DNA of 64,000 bases from Patescibacteria group bacterium (GTDB lineage: Bacteria; Patescibacteriota; Microgenomatia; Levybacterales; UBA12049). Both the position numbers and the translations under genes were made by a program. The notes below the pieces were generated by a model, which saw only the letters and a list, made by a program, of their open reading frames with translations, did not search any database and was not told the DNA's origin. Shown piece after piece: positions 27,074 to 37,790 of the stretch. Position 1 is the first letter of the stretch, and each line of letters starts with the position of its first letter. The DNA is taken from NCBI GenBank assembly GCA_038063415.1, contig JBBTVD010000003.1, positions 8,489 through 72,488 on the forward strand. The letters are read 5' to 3'.

Positions 27074-27442
27074 TATATCACGCTCTCGTGGACCATCAAG
27101 GTCAATAAGCACTATCCGCTGCCAAGTCCCTAAAGCAAGTTCCCCGTCAATAATAGGAATAGTTACTGAAGGCCCAATTAACGAAGAAAGGATATGATCT
27201 GGTGCATGTTTGGGGTTATGGGGATGACGATATGGCAATGTTGGGATTAGTTTTGCAAAAGCATCAAGCATATCAAGATCCGTCCCAGGATCAAGATTTG
27301 CCGTAGTAAGACATGCAGTTGTATTTTTCACAAAGAGGACACAGACTCCTTGTTGTATAGAATGCAATTGCAGTATTTCCTGAACTTTGTTCGTTATATC
27401 AATAACTTCTTTCTTTTTGGTGGAACTAATTGGTAGATGCAT
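27044..27442 (-). CDS. YjbQ/UPF0047 family protein (secondary thiamine-phosphate synthase-like).
   Basis: The conserved pattern is TTACLTTANLDPGTDLD...YRHPHNPKHAPDHIL...IIDGELALGTWQRIVLIDLDGPRER. Confidence 0.8.
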   Translation of the reverse strand: MHLPISSTKKKEVIDITNKVQEILQLHSIQQGVCVLFVKNTTACLTTANLDPGTDLDMLDAFAKLIPTLPYRHPHNPKHAPDHILSSLIGPSVTIPIIDGELALGTWQRIVLIDLDGPRERDILIQVLQSSN

Positions 27443-27444
27443 AG

Positions 27445-27930
27445 CTATTTTTGTATTGTTGTAAGAACAGAAAGCATCTGTAAGACTGCTGTTGCTCCTT
27501 CAATCCCTTTATTTTTATCATTCTTACCAGCTCGAACCTCTGCCTGCTCGCTCGCGTATACAGCCAAAATTTCCAAAGCAACTGGAAGACTATATTCAAG
27601 CGAAAGCTGCATAAGCGCTCTTCCTACCTCATTGGCAATCATATCAAAATGATAGGTATCACCCTTTATGATGATGCCAAACGTGACAATTGCATCGAAT
27701 TGGCCTGATTTTGCAAGCTTTTGTACCATGAGTGGGATTTCCCAAGAGCCAGGTACCGAAAAAGTCTTAATTCCTTCCGTTGGCACACCATTTTCTTCCA
27801 ATGTCAGACGGCAGTAGTACTCGAGATTGTCATTAAGTTCACCATGATAATCGGTTCTGACAATAGCAATTCGTAAGCTTTTGGCAAGCGTCGCATCGAT
27901 TGCTGTTTTTGTTGTTAGTTGTTTAAGCAT
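27445..27930 (-). CDS. ribH: 6,7-dimethyl-8-ribityllumazine synthase.
   Basis: RIAIVRTDYHGE, VPGSWEIP and GIIIKGDTYHFDMI match the RibH active-site motifs. Confidence 0.9.
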   Translation of the reverse strand: MLKQLTTKTAIDATLAKSLRIAIVRTDYHGELNDNLEYYCRLTLEENGVPTEGIKTFSVPGSWEIPLMVQKLAKSGQFDAIVTFGIIIKGDTYHFDMIANEVGRALMQLSLEYSLPVALEILAVYASEQAEVRAGKNDKNKGIEGATAVLQMLSVLTTIQK

Positions 27931-28513
27931 AGTTCTTCTTGTATAACTTTTCTACGTATTTTGCAAGCATGTCTACTTCGATATTTACTTCATCACCTGG
28001 TTGGATCGCCGAAAGCATCGTATGCTCCCACGTATACGGTATAATCCCGACAGTAAAGTAATCATTGTGTGCTTCAACAACCGTTAAAGAAATGCCATTA
28101 AGACAAATTGATCCCTTAGTAATAAGATATTTACTCATAACTTCGGGAACACTAATGGTGAGAATATGACTGTTCCCTTCCTGTGTTATATCTTTTACAG
28201 TCCCGAGCCCATCTACATGCCCCTGCACAATATGTCCAGAAAGGAGTGTCTCGGCTGTCACTGGGAGCTCAAGATTAGCAATATTCCCCTCCTTAAGGGA
28301 ATCTAGCATAGTTTTTTTACTTGTTTCAGGCATAATCTGGACACGAAAGGTATCTGCTTTTGGCTCAGCAAGTGCAGTGAGACATACACCATTAATGCTA
28401 ATACTTGTCCCTTCTTGTATCTTTGCAAGCAAAGAATGATCAGTCGAGAAAGTAAAGGTGTCGCCTTTTTTTTGTTGAAGGATACCTGTATGGGTAATAA
28501 TGCCAGTAAACAT
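27923..28513 (-). CDS. ribE: Riboflavin synthase (alpha subunit).
   Basis: MFTGIITHTGIL...SINGVCLT is repeated in a second half (ICLNGISLTV). The start is taken at the MFTGII ATG, and the gene overlaps ribH by 8 nt. Confidence 0.85.
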   Translation of the reverse strand: MFTGIITHTGILQQKKGDTFTFSTDHSLLAKIQEGTSISINGVCLTALAEPKADTFRVQIMPETSKKTMLDSLKEGNIANLELPVTAETLLSGHIVQGHVDGLGTVKDITQEGNSHILTISVPEVMSKYLITKGSICLNGISLTVVEAHNDYFTVGIIPYTWEHTMLSAIQPGDEVNIEVDMLAKYVEKLYKKNYA

Positions 28514-28615
28514 GCAAATATCATACCACAAAAAACTCAATTGTCATCCTGGAAGGAGCAAGCGACTGATAGGATCTTAAGATTCTATCGCTACGCTCCA
28601 GAATGACGATTTTCT

Positions 28616-29983
28616 TTAGGGAAGAAAAAAGGAAACAACGGTAGCTATCCCAGCAAGCGCCATGATACCGGTAATATACCAGCCAAGAGCAGCGGTGAAA
28701 TGAGAATTGATCCTATCCTTAACAATTCTGGGATTACTTGTCATCTGAACAATCAAAAAGAGAATTAAAGGAGCAACTAATGCATTAATAACAGCTGAAA
28801 TAATAAGCATCGAGATAGGATTGATCCCGAAAAAATTAATAGCAAAACCGAGAAGCATAGACAGAATAATAATCCCATAAAAAGCCCTCGCCTGATGGAG
28901 TTTGCGATAGAGACCTGAACGCCATTTGAAACTCTCTGCCATGGTATATGCAGCTGAACCAGCAAGGACAGGAATGGCAAGAAGACCCGTACCAATAATG
29001 CCAAAAGCAAAGAGGAGGAAAGCATATTCACCTGCTAGGGGACGAAGCGCCTGGGCAGCATCGGCAGCTGAGGTAATCGTGGTAATACCGTTGGAGAACA
29101 ACACAGCGGCACATGTGGCTATAATAAAATACATTACAAGATTAGAAAGGGTCATGCCAACCCATACGTCTATACGCATTTTTTTAATTTCTTCATCGGT
29201 GGTATTTTCACGTAAACGGAGATTTGTTTTGCCATGTAAAATCTCTTCTTCCACTTCGTGGGATGTCTGCCAGAAAAAAAGATAGGGAGAAATGGTCGTT
29301 CCAAGGATTGCTGTCACGATAAAAATTTGATCTTTTGAAAAGGAAAACGTAGGCAAAAAAGTTGCCTGAATAAGCTGGTTTATATCTAGTCCCACGATAA
29401 AAGCGGTCGCCACATACGAAAACAGTACGATTACTAAATATTTTAAGTATTTAGCATATTTTTCATACGGCATAAAAATCTGTAACCCCAAACAAAAGAA
29501 GGTAAAACCAAGACAGGCGAGTATAAAATTGGTCTCAGGAAACACGAGCTGAAAAGCCGCCGCCATAGCCCCAATATCAGCACCGATATTAAAGGTATTG
29601 GCGGTAAAAAGAAGCGTTGCGCAAAGGTAAAGCACCCACTTTGGATAGTAGATTCGGATGTTACCGGCAAGGCCACGACCTGTTGTCAAACCAATTCTGG
29701 CACACATTTCTTGTACGACTGCCATAAAAGGAAATGTAAACAGAGCAAGCCACAAGAATTGAAAACCGTATTTGGCTCCGGTCTGCGAATAGGTAGCAAT
29801 GCCAGATGGATCATCATCCGCAGCGCCAGTAATTAGCCCAGGCCCAAGATTGACCCAGAATTTGTGTGCACGCTTTACATGCTGGAGTTTTGACGCTCCT
29901 CTTTCAATTTTTTTGGTCATATCGATACTTTTTTCAAGTACGATAGAGGGTGCTGATACGAGCCTTTCAAGCTTTTTATCCAT
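28616..29983 (-). CDS. mntH: Nramp-family divalent metal (Mn2+/Fe2+) transporter.
   Basis: It has the DPG-type motif (AADDDPSGIATYSQTGAKYGFQ) and the 11-TM Nramp topology. Confidence 0.9.
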   Translation of the reverse strand: MDKKLERLVSAPSIVLEKSIDMTKKIERGASKLQHVKRAHKFWVNLGPGLITGAADDDPSGIATYSQTGAKYGFQFLWLALFTFPFMAVVQEMCARIGLTTGRGLAGNIRIYYPKWVLYLCATLLFTANTFNIGADIGAMAAAFQLVFPETNFILACLGFTFFCLGLQIFMPYEKYAKYLKYLVIVLFSYVATAFIVGLDINQLIQATFLPTFSFSKDQIFIVTAILGTTISPYLFFWQTSHEVEEEILHGKTNLRLRENTTDEEIKKMRIDVWVGMTLSNLVMYFIIATCAAVLFSNGITTITSAADAAQALRPLAGEYAFLLFAFGIIGTGLLAIPVLAGSAAYTMAESFKWRSGLYRKLHQARAFYGIIILSMLLGFAINFFGINPISMLIISAVINALVAPLILFLIVQMTSNPRIVKDRINSHFTAALGWYITGIMALAGIATVVSFFLP

Positions 29984-30040
29984 ATCTTATTCATATCACG
30001 CAAAGACGCACAATAACAAGAGGAAATCTTTATAAAAAAG

Positions 30041-30598
30041 GTGTATACTATGTCTATGGCTGAACCTATTATTCAAACGTCCTCATTGGCAGGCGTTCTC
30101 CAAATTACTCGTCCTACTTTCCCCGATGATCGTGGGTTTTTCCGTGAATCTTTCCGTAAAACAGAGCTTGAACAAGCTCTTAATACTTCATTTGATATCA
30201 AACAGATGAACCATTCTAGGTCGAGTAAAAGCACTCTTCGTGGTATCCATAGCGCTCCATGGAACAAACTTATTTATGTTACGAGGGGAACCGTCCAATC
30301 AGTGATTGTAGACCTGCGAGAAGACTCGCCTACCTTTGGAAAATATGAATCGTTTATCATCGGTGAAGAGAACAAAGCAAGTATTTTTGTCCCTGCATAT
30401 ACCGGAAATTCATATCTGGTCCTCAGTGAGGATGCAGATTATACCTATCTCACTGATCAGGAATGGGAGCCGGGAAAAGAAATTGGCGTGGCGTGGAATG
30501 ACCCAGATATAGCAGTTAAATGGGAAATAGCTGATGGATTACTCCTTTCAGAAAAAGACAAACAGAATCAGCCGTTTAAGGAAGTCTTTCCTCGATAA
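30041..30598 (+). CDS. RmlC-like sugar-nucleotide 3,5-epimerase cupin (second paralog).
   Basis: FPDDRGFFRESF...LRGIHSAPWNKLIYV...SIFVPAYTGNSYLVLSEDADYTYL is the RmlC pattern. Confidence 0.7.
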   Translation: MYTMSMAEPIIQTSSLAGVLQITRPTFPDDRGFFRESFRKTELEQALNTSFDIKQMNHSRSSKSTLRGIHSAPWNKLIYVTRGTVQSVIVDLREDSPTFGKYESFIIGEENKASIFVPAYTGNSYLVLSEDADYTYLTDQEWEPGKEIGVAWNDPDIAVKWEIADGLLLSEKDKQNQPFKEVFPR

Positions 30599-31055
30599 GC
30601 TTATTCCATCCTTGCAGTGAAAAAAAGTTTTTTTCCTTCATTTGCTCAAGTGTCTGTCTGACATTCTCTGTAAGATTCTTAGGAAGAGAGTCTAGAGAAA
30701 ACCAGCGTAAATCATCACATTTTTCTGGTTCTCCAATATGAGGACTACCTTCCCAAGCAGTCGCTGCGAGGTAAAAATCGACATATTCAATATCCACATT
30801 CCGATGCATCACATGTACTACTGATAAATCTTTTTCTTCAATGGTAAGACCAGCCTCTTCCTTTGCCTCTCTCATCATTGCCTGAAAAACTGTCTCATCG
30901 CCATCCAAATGTCCAGCAACAAGACTATACCAGCCATCTTTCCAACCTGTATTAAAACGGCGCAGCAGAAGAATATGGTTATCTCTTATGAGCACGAGAT
31001 AGACTGCGGCTCTGACAGTAAAGCGTTGTTTAGCTTTTTTTTGTTTGTCTTTCAT
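30576..31055 (-). CDS. NUDIX hydrolase.
   Basis: It has the Nudix box GGHLDGDETVFQAMMREAKEEAGL. Confidence 0.8.
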   Translation of the reverse strand: MKDKQKKAKQRFTVRAAVYLVLIRDNHILLLRRFNTGWKDGWYSLVAGHLDGDETVFQAMMREAKEEAGLTIEEKDLSVVHVMHRNVDIEYVDFYLAATAWEGSPHIGEPEKCDDLRWFSLDSLPKNLTENVRQTLEQMKEKNFFSLQGWNKLIEERLP

Positions 31056-31362
31056 AGATACTGATAATGCTTACACCAATAAGTGCCCATTGAAAAGGAA
31101 CATACAGAGGAATATTAAAGAAATGCTTTATTTCATACGACCAAGCAGGGATAGTATTTACATAAAAAATTTCTACCAGAGAACCCAGAATAACTATCGC
31201 GACATAAAAATTCAGTTCGTGTTTAATCGGATATTTGGTATGTTTGTACCATGAGAGAATAAGGAGGAGTGCAACGAGTAAAAAAGGCTGTAACCAAAAT
31301 AAATAAATACAAAGGAGGGCGATAAAAAGAATAAGAAAGAGTGGCAAACTCGACTTTAGCAT
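31030..31362 (-). CDS. Small hypothetical membrane protein (about 3 TM helices).
   Basis: Its hydrophobic helices overlap the NUDIX gene start by 26 nt. Confidence 0.4.
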   Translation of the reverse strand: MLKSSLPLFLILFIALLCIYLFWLQPFLLVALLLILSWYKHTKYPIKHELNFYVAIVILGSLVEIFYVNTIPAWSYEIKHFFNIPLYVPFQWALIGVSIISIYERQTKKS

Positions 31363-31383
31363 AATAAGGCTATTGTAGCAAAA

Positions 31384-34300
31384 CTACTCCTTTTTTGCTC
31401 TTTCGTTTTTCTTTCCTTCACTGCCTTCAAACATAAGGTAATAGACAACAGGAATAAAGAACAACATGATAGACCCAGAGAAGAACAAACCTGAGATAAT
31501 AGCCCCACCAAGGCCTCTCCAGAGTGGGTCAGACAAAGTGATTGGGATCAAACCAACAATTGCGGCAAAGGTAGTTAAGGCAACTGGCTCAAGTCGGCTT
31601 TCTGCTCCATCAACAACCGCTTCTCTAAAGGCCATCCCTGATTTGAGATTTTGATTAATCTTATCAACAACTAGAATTGAATTCTTCACCACAATACCAA
31701 ACAGTGCAAGCACACCAATAAGCGCAGGAAAAGAGAGCGGCGTATTGGTCAACGCAAAGATAATAAACACACCAGAGATTGAAAGTGGGATAACGAGCAT
31801 CACGATAAATGCCTTACGGAAAGATGAAAACTGGAGCACCATTGTCACAATAATAAGGAAGAATGAGAACAACATTGCCTGAAGAATAGAAGTAACAGAG
31901 TTATTGTTTTCCTCATTTGCTCCCCCAGTTTGCCAAGAGTAGTCCTCTGGCAGATTTATACTATCAGCGTATTTTTCGAGTTTCTGATTAAATTCAGTGA
32001 TCGAATTTCCCTGTGTGACACCTGCACTGACAGAAATAGTTCGTTTGCCATCTTCACGGGTTATCAGGGTTGGATTGGAGCGCATTTCAAATTTCCCAAG
32101 GGAGCCAAGGGTAACTGAGCCATCTTCGGTTGAGATAGTAACTGTCGCAAGCTTCTCAAGGGTTTGTGTACTTGTGTCTGTACGAAGGATCACGTCTTGC
32201 TCATCCTCAGTATCTCCGACAAAATGCATGTCTTCTTCAAGCGTAAATCCTGTCGCATAGGTTCGGAGGAACAGACCAATTTGTTCCTGAGTTACTTCTG
32301 CATCAAGCATCTTTTGATAATCAGGGACAAAAACGATTTTACTTGTCCCTGGAGTGATAGACTTTGTGACATTGGTTATACCAGGCTCTTTTTTGAGGTA
32401 ATCTTCAATACGAGTCGCATAGATATCAAGTGCTTCTAACTCTTCACCAAACAATTTTATTTGAATGTCACTCCCAGCAGGCGGTCCTCCGCTTACTTCA
32501 ACTATGGATAACTTCCCCGCAGTATAATTCACATATTTCGCTCGAAGATCTTCAGCAAGCTTTATTGATGATGAATCTCCACCTACTTCTGGAAGAACAA
32601 GCGTAATTAAGGCTGTGTTGTCCTGTGCTCCACCGTACCCTCGTCCTGGATCGATACTTAATCGTAGGGTAGATGTCGCAAAAGAGACTTCAGGAAGCGT
32701 ACGGACTTCTTCTAAGATTTTTAACGCTTCATCATTGGTCTGTTCTTTATTGGTACCTGCTGGCATTTCAAGAGCAAGATACAGATAGGCAACATCACTC
32801 TTGGGGAAGAATTCGTTTTTGACAAAACCTAGTGGAAGTAGCAGATACGATAAGAAGGAAAAGAGCGCAACTGCCATGACGGCTTTACGACGGTTTTCTT
32901 TCGTAGAAAGTATTTTTTCAAGCAGAGCTCGATAATGTACTCCAATCGTTTCAAAGCTAATGACACCATGATCAAGATACTGTTGTATGTTATTGCGAGC
33001 AAACGATAGTTTATGTGGCAAGCCCCGAGCTGATTTAGATTGCTTCGTCGTTCCACTCCTCGCAATGACGTTTTTAAAACGTTTGCTCAGTGCATCTCGC
33101 AATGATGACCGCACTTGGAAAAAGATAAAGAGATTGACAAAGAACAGGAGAAGCGCAGGCAAGAAAAGCTCGCCCTTTGGTGCAAGAGCCAAGAAAATAC
33201 CAAAGATTACGAGCAATCCTACAAGGCGAAGGAAGGTAACCACACGAGAAGGGATTTTTGATTTAAGTAATAGTACAAAGATAGGAAGCGTGATAAACAT
33301 CGCGACGATGAACGAACCAAGTAAGGTACTTGAAACAACAACAGGAATGGGTTTAATAAATTCACCGATAATGCCACTTGCCATAAGGAGTGGGACAAAT
33401 GCCCATACCGTTGTCAGCGTTGTCGTAAAGATAGCGGTCTTAAAATCGCGCCACACCAAAAGCCCTGCTTCAAGCGGACTAAACTTACGGGTTCGATAGT
33501 AGGCAGTCAGTGCAGAAATGACCACAATTGTGTCATCAACCAGAAGACCTAACGAAAGCAAGAATGAGAAGAAAGCAATAAAACTAAGTGCAATACCATT
33601 CATACTCATCAGAATAAAGGTAAATAAGAAGGTCAATGGAATAGAAAGTGATGAAAGGATAGCCTGACGAATTCCCAAAAAGAGGAACAAAATAATGAAC
33701 ACCAGTCCAATGGTAATAAACAAATCTCGAACTAATTCATTATATTGATCATCAATTTCTTCACCAGTATCAATAACTGAAGAAATAGTAAACTTTCCGT
33801 CGTACTGAGTCGTTAGATCGTCAGCAACAGTCCGTGCTTCTTCAACCGCCGAGGTAATATTGGACGAGCTTTTTTTGTAGACATCAAACCGTACGGTCTG
33901 TACGGGTGCCTGATCTTTGGTTGCGATGTAGGAATCTGCGGTATCTGGCTTGGTATGACGGCTAATCTGTGCAACATCAGACAATAACATAGTATTCCCA
34001 TTGGCTTTGATACGAAGATTTCGCAGATCTTCAAGGGTTGTTATTGTTGGATCAAGACTCAAGACAAAAGATGAGGTATCTGTATTGACCGTTCCTGCAG
34101 GGAATGAGCCAGTTGCTGATTTGATACTTTGTGCAAGTGTCGTTGGATTTAATCCATAGGTTGTAAGCTTTGCTGGATCAATAACTACCTGTACTTCCTC
34201 ATTATCAAGTCCCGTTGCATCCACATGATCAATGGCTGATTGATTTTCCAACTTATCTTGGAGAGATTTCCCAAAACGAATTAAACTGACATTGTCATTA

Positions 34301-34788
34301 CCACCACTGACGGTGAAGGTCCATACAGGCTCATTTTCAAAATCAAACTTTTGCACAACTGGATCTTGCGCATCTTCAGGTAAATCACTGACACTCTCAA
34401 CAGCAGACTGTACGTCTCTTTTTGCTTCATCAGGGTCAACACCTGATTCAAACTCAATGGTCACTGCTGAGACAGAATCACGAGAAGAAGAGGTCATCGT
34501 ACTTACTTTTTTGAGACTACCAAGACTATCTTCGATTGGTATGGTCAGAAGTGATTCGACATCCTGAGGAGAAGCTCCGGGAAGTACCGTTGAGACATTC
34601 ACAATTGGGATATTAATCGAAGGATTAAGCACGCGGGGAAGGTTGCTATAACTAATCGTCCCTGCGGCAACCAAAAGAAGCACCAAGAGGACAACCAGCC
34701 GAATATTTTGCATATATCGACCAAAAAATGACGTGAGTAGTTTGGGGTCAAACGTTAAATTTTTTAGATAACTGGTAATTTCTGCCAT
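31384..34788 (-). CDS. RND-family efflux transporter permease (AcrB-like).
   Basis: It is 1134 aa with 12 TM helices and two large periplasmic loops, the typical HAE/AcrB architecture. Confidence 0.9.
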   Translation of the reverse strand: MAEITSYLKNLTFDPKLLTSFFGRYMQNIRLVVLLVLLLVAAGTISYSNLPRVLNPSINIPIVNVSTVLPGASPQDVESLLTIPIEDSLGSLKKVSTMTSSSRDSVSAVTIEFESGVDPDEAKRDVQSAVESVSDLPEDAQDPVVQKFDFENEPVWTFTVSGGNDNVSLIRFGKSLQDKLENQSAIDHVDATGLDNEEVQVVIDPAKLTTYGLNPTTLAQSIKSATGSFPAGTVNTDTSSFVLSLDPTITTLEDLRNLRIKANGNTMLLSDVAQISRHTKPDTADSYIATKDQAPVQTVRFDVYKKSSSNITSAVEEARTVADDLTTQYDGKFTISSVIDTGEEIDDQYNELVRDLFITIGLVFIILFLFLGIRQAILSSLSIPLTFLFTFILMSMNGIALSFIAFFSFLLSLGLLVDDTIVVISALTAYYRTRKFSPLEAGLLVWRDFKTAIFTTTLTTVWAFVPLLMASGIIGEFIKPIPVVVSSTLLGSFIVAMFITLPIFVLLLKSKIPSRVVTFLRLVGLLVIFGIFLALAPKGELFLPALLLFFVNLFIFFQVRSSLRDALSKRFKNVIARSGTTKQSKSARGLPHKLSFARNNIQQYLDHGVISFETIGVHYRALLEKILSTKENRRKAVMAVALFSFLSYLLLPLGFVKNEFFPKSDVAYLYLALEMPAGTNKEQTNDEALKILEEVRTLPEVSFATSTLRLSIDPGRGYGGAQDNTALITLVLPEVGGDSSSIKLAEDLRAKYVNYTAGKLSIVEVSGGPPAGSDIQIKLFGEELEALDIYATRIEDYLKKEPGITNVTKSITPGTSKIVFVPDYQKMLDAEVTQEQIGLFLRTYATGFTLEEDMHFVGDTEDEQDVILRTDTSTQTLEKLATVTISTEDGSVTLGSLGKFEMRSNPTLITREDGKRTISVSAGVTQGNSITEFNQKLEKYADSINLPEDYSWQTGGANEENNNSVTSILQAMLFSFFLIIVTMVLQFSSFRKAFIVMLVIPLSISGVFIIFALTNTPLSFPALIGVLALFGIVVKNSILVVDKINQNLKSGMAFREAVVDGAESRLEPVALTTFAAIVGLIPITLSDPLWRGLGGAIISGLFFSGSIMLFFIPVVYYLMFEGSEGKKNERAKKE

Positions 34789-34789
34789 G

Positions 34790-36271
34790 CTAGTTAATGC
34801 TTATCTTATCTCCCGCAATGACATTTCTATCGAGGATAACCTGATCACCGAATTGCAATCCTGAAACGACTTGTACTGAGTTACCATATACGCTGCCAAG
34901 TTTTACTGAACGAGTTTCTGCTTTGCCATTGCGAATAACAAGGACGTAGGATGCATCCTGTGTTTGATAGACTGCATCAACCGGCACGTATGGATCAACT
35001 GAAGACGTCTTGGCTGTATCAACAGGGACTGCAATAGAGAGATAGTCGCCATCCGACAATGAACCTGATTTCTTTTCAGGGATATCGTAAAAGACACTGT
35101 ATAAGTTACCATCAGTTGCTTCTGATGAAACATAATAGGGAGTTACAGAAACTTCTTCATCACTAATCGTCAGTGTACTTGGTTCTCCTTTGGAGATAAT
35201 ATGAGCAATACTCTGCGGAACTTGCAATACTGCGGTTGCTTTTTTCTCAGTACCTGAGACAACTGCCAGTACGGTACCTGGACTTACTGATTCGCCTGGA
35301 TTTACATATATACGCTCAACCGTACCAGCAAAAGGACTTGCTGGAGCCATCATTGCTTCACTTACATAAGCAAGACTTACTTGCAGTCGTGCAACTTCAC
35401 GATTCATTTGCAAAGCTCTTTCCTGAATATCAAGCTGTTGGAGCGTTAAGTCTTTTTGTAAATCAGAAAGTTTTGCTGGCGGATTATCGATACTGCCTTG
35501 GTATTCCAGCGTGCGTTGTGAAGAACGTAATTGTAACAACCCACTCTCTGCTTGTTTTATTTGCCCTTCGATTGATTGCACTTCTTCATCTTGATCTGAG
35601 ACTCCTGCATTTTCAAGGATGTCCAAAGCATCATTTAACTGATCAATTTGGTAATTAGTATTATCTATCTGAGAATTGGTATCCTCATTTGATTTTTGAC
35701 TAATTTCACGCATTCGATCAGTGTTTTCGTCAGTTCGTGTAGCGATATCTTTTTGTTTTGCGATCGTATCCTTTTGCTTATCAAAGGTATCAACCACATT
35801 TTGATATTGTTCTTGCGCAATTTGTCTCTGTACAGAAGCCGCATTGCCTCCCTGATAATTTGAAGAAAGGGAAACAAGGGTTTGACCTCGGTCGACACTT
35901 GTTCCTTCTGTTACCGCAACATATTGGACGATACCAGCAGTTTGTGCTGTTATTTCAACAACTCCCTCTTTCTCAACAGCTGCTTGGAAGGTTGCCTTTG
36001 GCGTATCACCGATACTGTAGACTTTTACCTTTTTTGTTTGTGGCTGTGCTACTACTTCTTTTTCCGTGTGACGAAGGACTTGTCCGACAAAAAGTACGAC
36101 AAAAAGCAAAAGAAAAGCGATGACTAAGCTTCCAAGAGGTTTACGTTTGATAAATGCAGTTACTTTTGTATACGCTGTCTTAGCTTTTTTGGTAACACTT
36201 TGCTTGAATGAAGCAAATTTCTTTTTTACGACAAGAGATGTGAGATTAAATTTTTTCATAGGGTAAACCAA
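34790..36271 (-). CDS. Efflux periplasmic adaptor (membrane fusion protein) with a long coiled coil.
   Basis: It has a TM anchor, a lipoyl-like hairpin, an extended coiled coil and beta-barrel/MP domains. It is coupled to the RND gene by a 1-nt gap. Confidence 0.65.
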   Translation of the reverse strand: MVYPMKKFNLTSLVVKKKFASFKQSVTKKAKTAYTKVTAFIKRKPLGSLVIAFLLLFVVLFVGQVLRHTEKEVVAQPQTKKVKVYSIGDTPKATFQAAVEKEGVVEITAQTAGIVQYVAVTEGTSVDRGQTLVSLSSNYQGGNAASVQRQIAQEQYQNVVDTFDKQKDTIAKQKDIATRTDENTDRMREISQKSNEDTNSQIDNTNYQIDQLNDALDILENAGVSDQDEEVQSIEGQIKQAESGLLQLRSSQRTLEYQGSIDNPPAKLSDLQKDLTLQQLDIQERALQMNREVARLQVSLAYVSEAMMAPASPFAGTVERIYVNPGESVSPGTVLAVVSGTEKKATAVLQVPQSIAHIISKGEPSTLTISDEEVSVTPYYVSSEATDGNLYSVFYDIPEKKSGSLSDGDYLSIAVPVDTAKTSSVDPYVPVDAVYQTQDASYVLVIRNGKAETRSVKLGSVYGNSVQVVSGLQFGDQVILDRNVIAGDKISIN

Positions 36272-36416
36272 AAAGATAACAAGGTGGGCAAGAAGTCTGC
36301 TATCTCTATATAAAAGTACTTGTCATTTTATAGTAAAAAGACATTTTTGTCAATCAGTTAGTTCTATTGCTAACCCAAAAGATGACATCGTTTCCTAATC
36401 GTGCTTTAATAAAGCT

Positions 36417-37283
36417 ATGAAGTCCAAAAAGCATCCGACCATTGGTGTTGCTCTCGGAAGTGGTGGAGCAAAAGGTCTTGCGCATATTGGTGTGCTAAAA
36501 ACGCTTGAAAAGCATGGGATTGAGATTGATTATGTAGCAGGTTCAAGTATTGGAGCACTCATTGGCTCCTATTATGCTGCGTATCCCAATCTTACTGGAC
36601 TTGAAAAGCTTGTTTTTGATTTTAATCGTAAGCAAGGCTTTAGTCTCTTTGATCCCGCAATACGAGGAGGGCTTCTTAAAGGAAATAGACTTGAGGAATT
36701 TATCTCAGATATGCTTGAGGGGGCCACATTTGAAAAGCTTCGGATTCCTTTTATCGCTGTCGCAACTGACTTTAATACGGCAGAAGAAGTACTGATACGT
36801 GACGGATCATTGGTTAAAGCGGTCCGAGCAAGTATTGCTATCCCTGCAATTTTCCAACCTATCTGGTACAAAGATCGATTGCTTGCGGACGGAGGGCTGA
36901 GTGATCCTATCCCGGTACGAGCAGTCAAAGCCGTGGGAAGTGATATTGTTATTGCGGTTAATCTCGATAGCGCAACATTCCGTAATCAGGAAACGAAAAA
37001 GCTTCCAGTTTTCTCAACCATACCCATGCATGCAATTACGATTTTGAGACATCATCTTGCACTCCAAACGATACAAGCAGCCGATATCATTATTACACCC
37101 AAGACTGCTCCCGTAAGCCTTATTGGATGGAATTATTTTTTTGATAATGAAAAAGCTAAGTCAATGATTGAGGCAGGAGAAAAGGCTGCCGAGAAAATTA
37201 TCCCTGATCTTTTGAAGCTAATCGAACAAAAACGGGAAGAAAAACAAAATGTGTTACAAAGAATAGTCTCCTTTTTTAGATAA
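36417..37283 (+). CDS. Patatin-like phospholipase.
   Basis: It has the oxyanion GVALGSGGAKG, the nucleophile elbow GSSIG and the catalytic DGG (LLADGGL). Confidence 0.85.
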   Translation: MKSKKHPTIGVALGSGGAKGLAHIGVLKTLEKHGIEIDYVAGSSIGALIGSYYAAYPNLTGLEKLVFDFNRKQGFSLFDPAIRGGLLKGNRLEEFISDMLEGATFEKLRIPFIAVATDFNTAEEVLIRDGSLVKAVRASIAIPAIFQPIWYKDRLLADGGLSDPIPVRAVKAVGSDIVIAVNLDSATFRNQETKKLPVFSTIPMHAITILRHHLALQTIQAADIIITPKTAPVSLIGWNYFFDNEKAKSMIEAGEKAAEKIIPDLLKLIEQKREEKQNVLQRIVSFFR

Positions 37284-37344
37284 AAAAATACGTCAGAGAT
37301 TATTCGTATTTTCTTCTCTTTTTACTTCTTGTTCTTTTGTATGT

Positions 37345-37785
37345 ATGTATGTATATTGGTCTAATATGTCAGAAAATTCACCTGGAGCGTCGGATGACGA
37401 GAGAAGCGATTACGAGCTTTTAAAAAAAGATCCTGAGAGACTTTGGAGAAGGCTTACGACAGAAGACCTTTCAAGAAGATCTAAAGCTTGGTTTTCAGAA
37501 AGACTTTCAGATCGTGATCTGACAGAAGAAATAAGAAAATTTCATGCGGAAGATGAGCTTACATCTTATTTTGTTGAATTATTTAAACCTAAAGAAGGGG
37601 ATTCATTGATACTTGAAGAAAAAAGAGAAAAGGTATTAAGAGAGACAGGGGAAAGAATTGGGACAACTGCTGAACCAAAAAGGCTTTTTCGTTTTTTGGG
37701 AGCAATAATGGCGGCATTAAGTAAGAGAAATACTGATTCGGAGCCTCAAGCTATTTCTCCAAGCAAACCAGAAGCTACCGAATAG
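37345..37785 (+). CDS. Hypothetical acidic protein.
   Basis: The ORF begins within an (ATGT)4 repeat and the start is uncertain (an alternative is the MSENSPG ATG). Confidence 0.35.
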   Translation: MYVYWSNMSENSPGASDDERSDYELLKKDPERLWRRLTTEDLSRRSKAWFSERLSDRDLTEEIRKFHAEDELTSYFVELFKPKEGDSLILEEKREKVLRETGERIGTTAEPKRLFRFLGAIMAALSKRNTDSEPQAISPSKPEATE

Positions 37786-37790
37786 TTTTA

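Noticed and set aside
37339-37354. An (ATGT)4 microsatellite at the start of ORF 37345..37785, as a possible phase-variation switch.
   Set aside because: Four units are too few for efficient slipped-strand mispairing and there is no evidence of variable copy number. It was noted only as a start-codon ambiguity.
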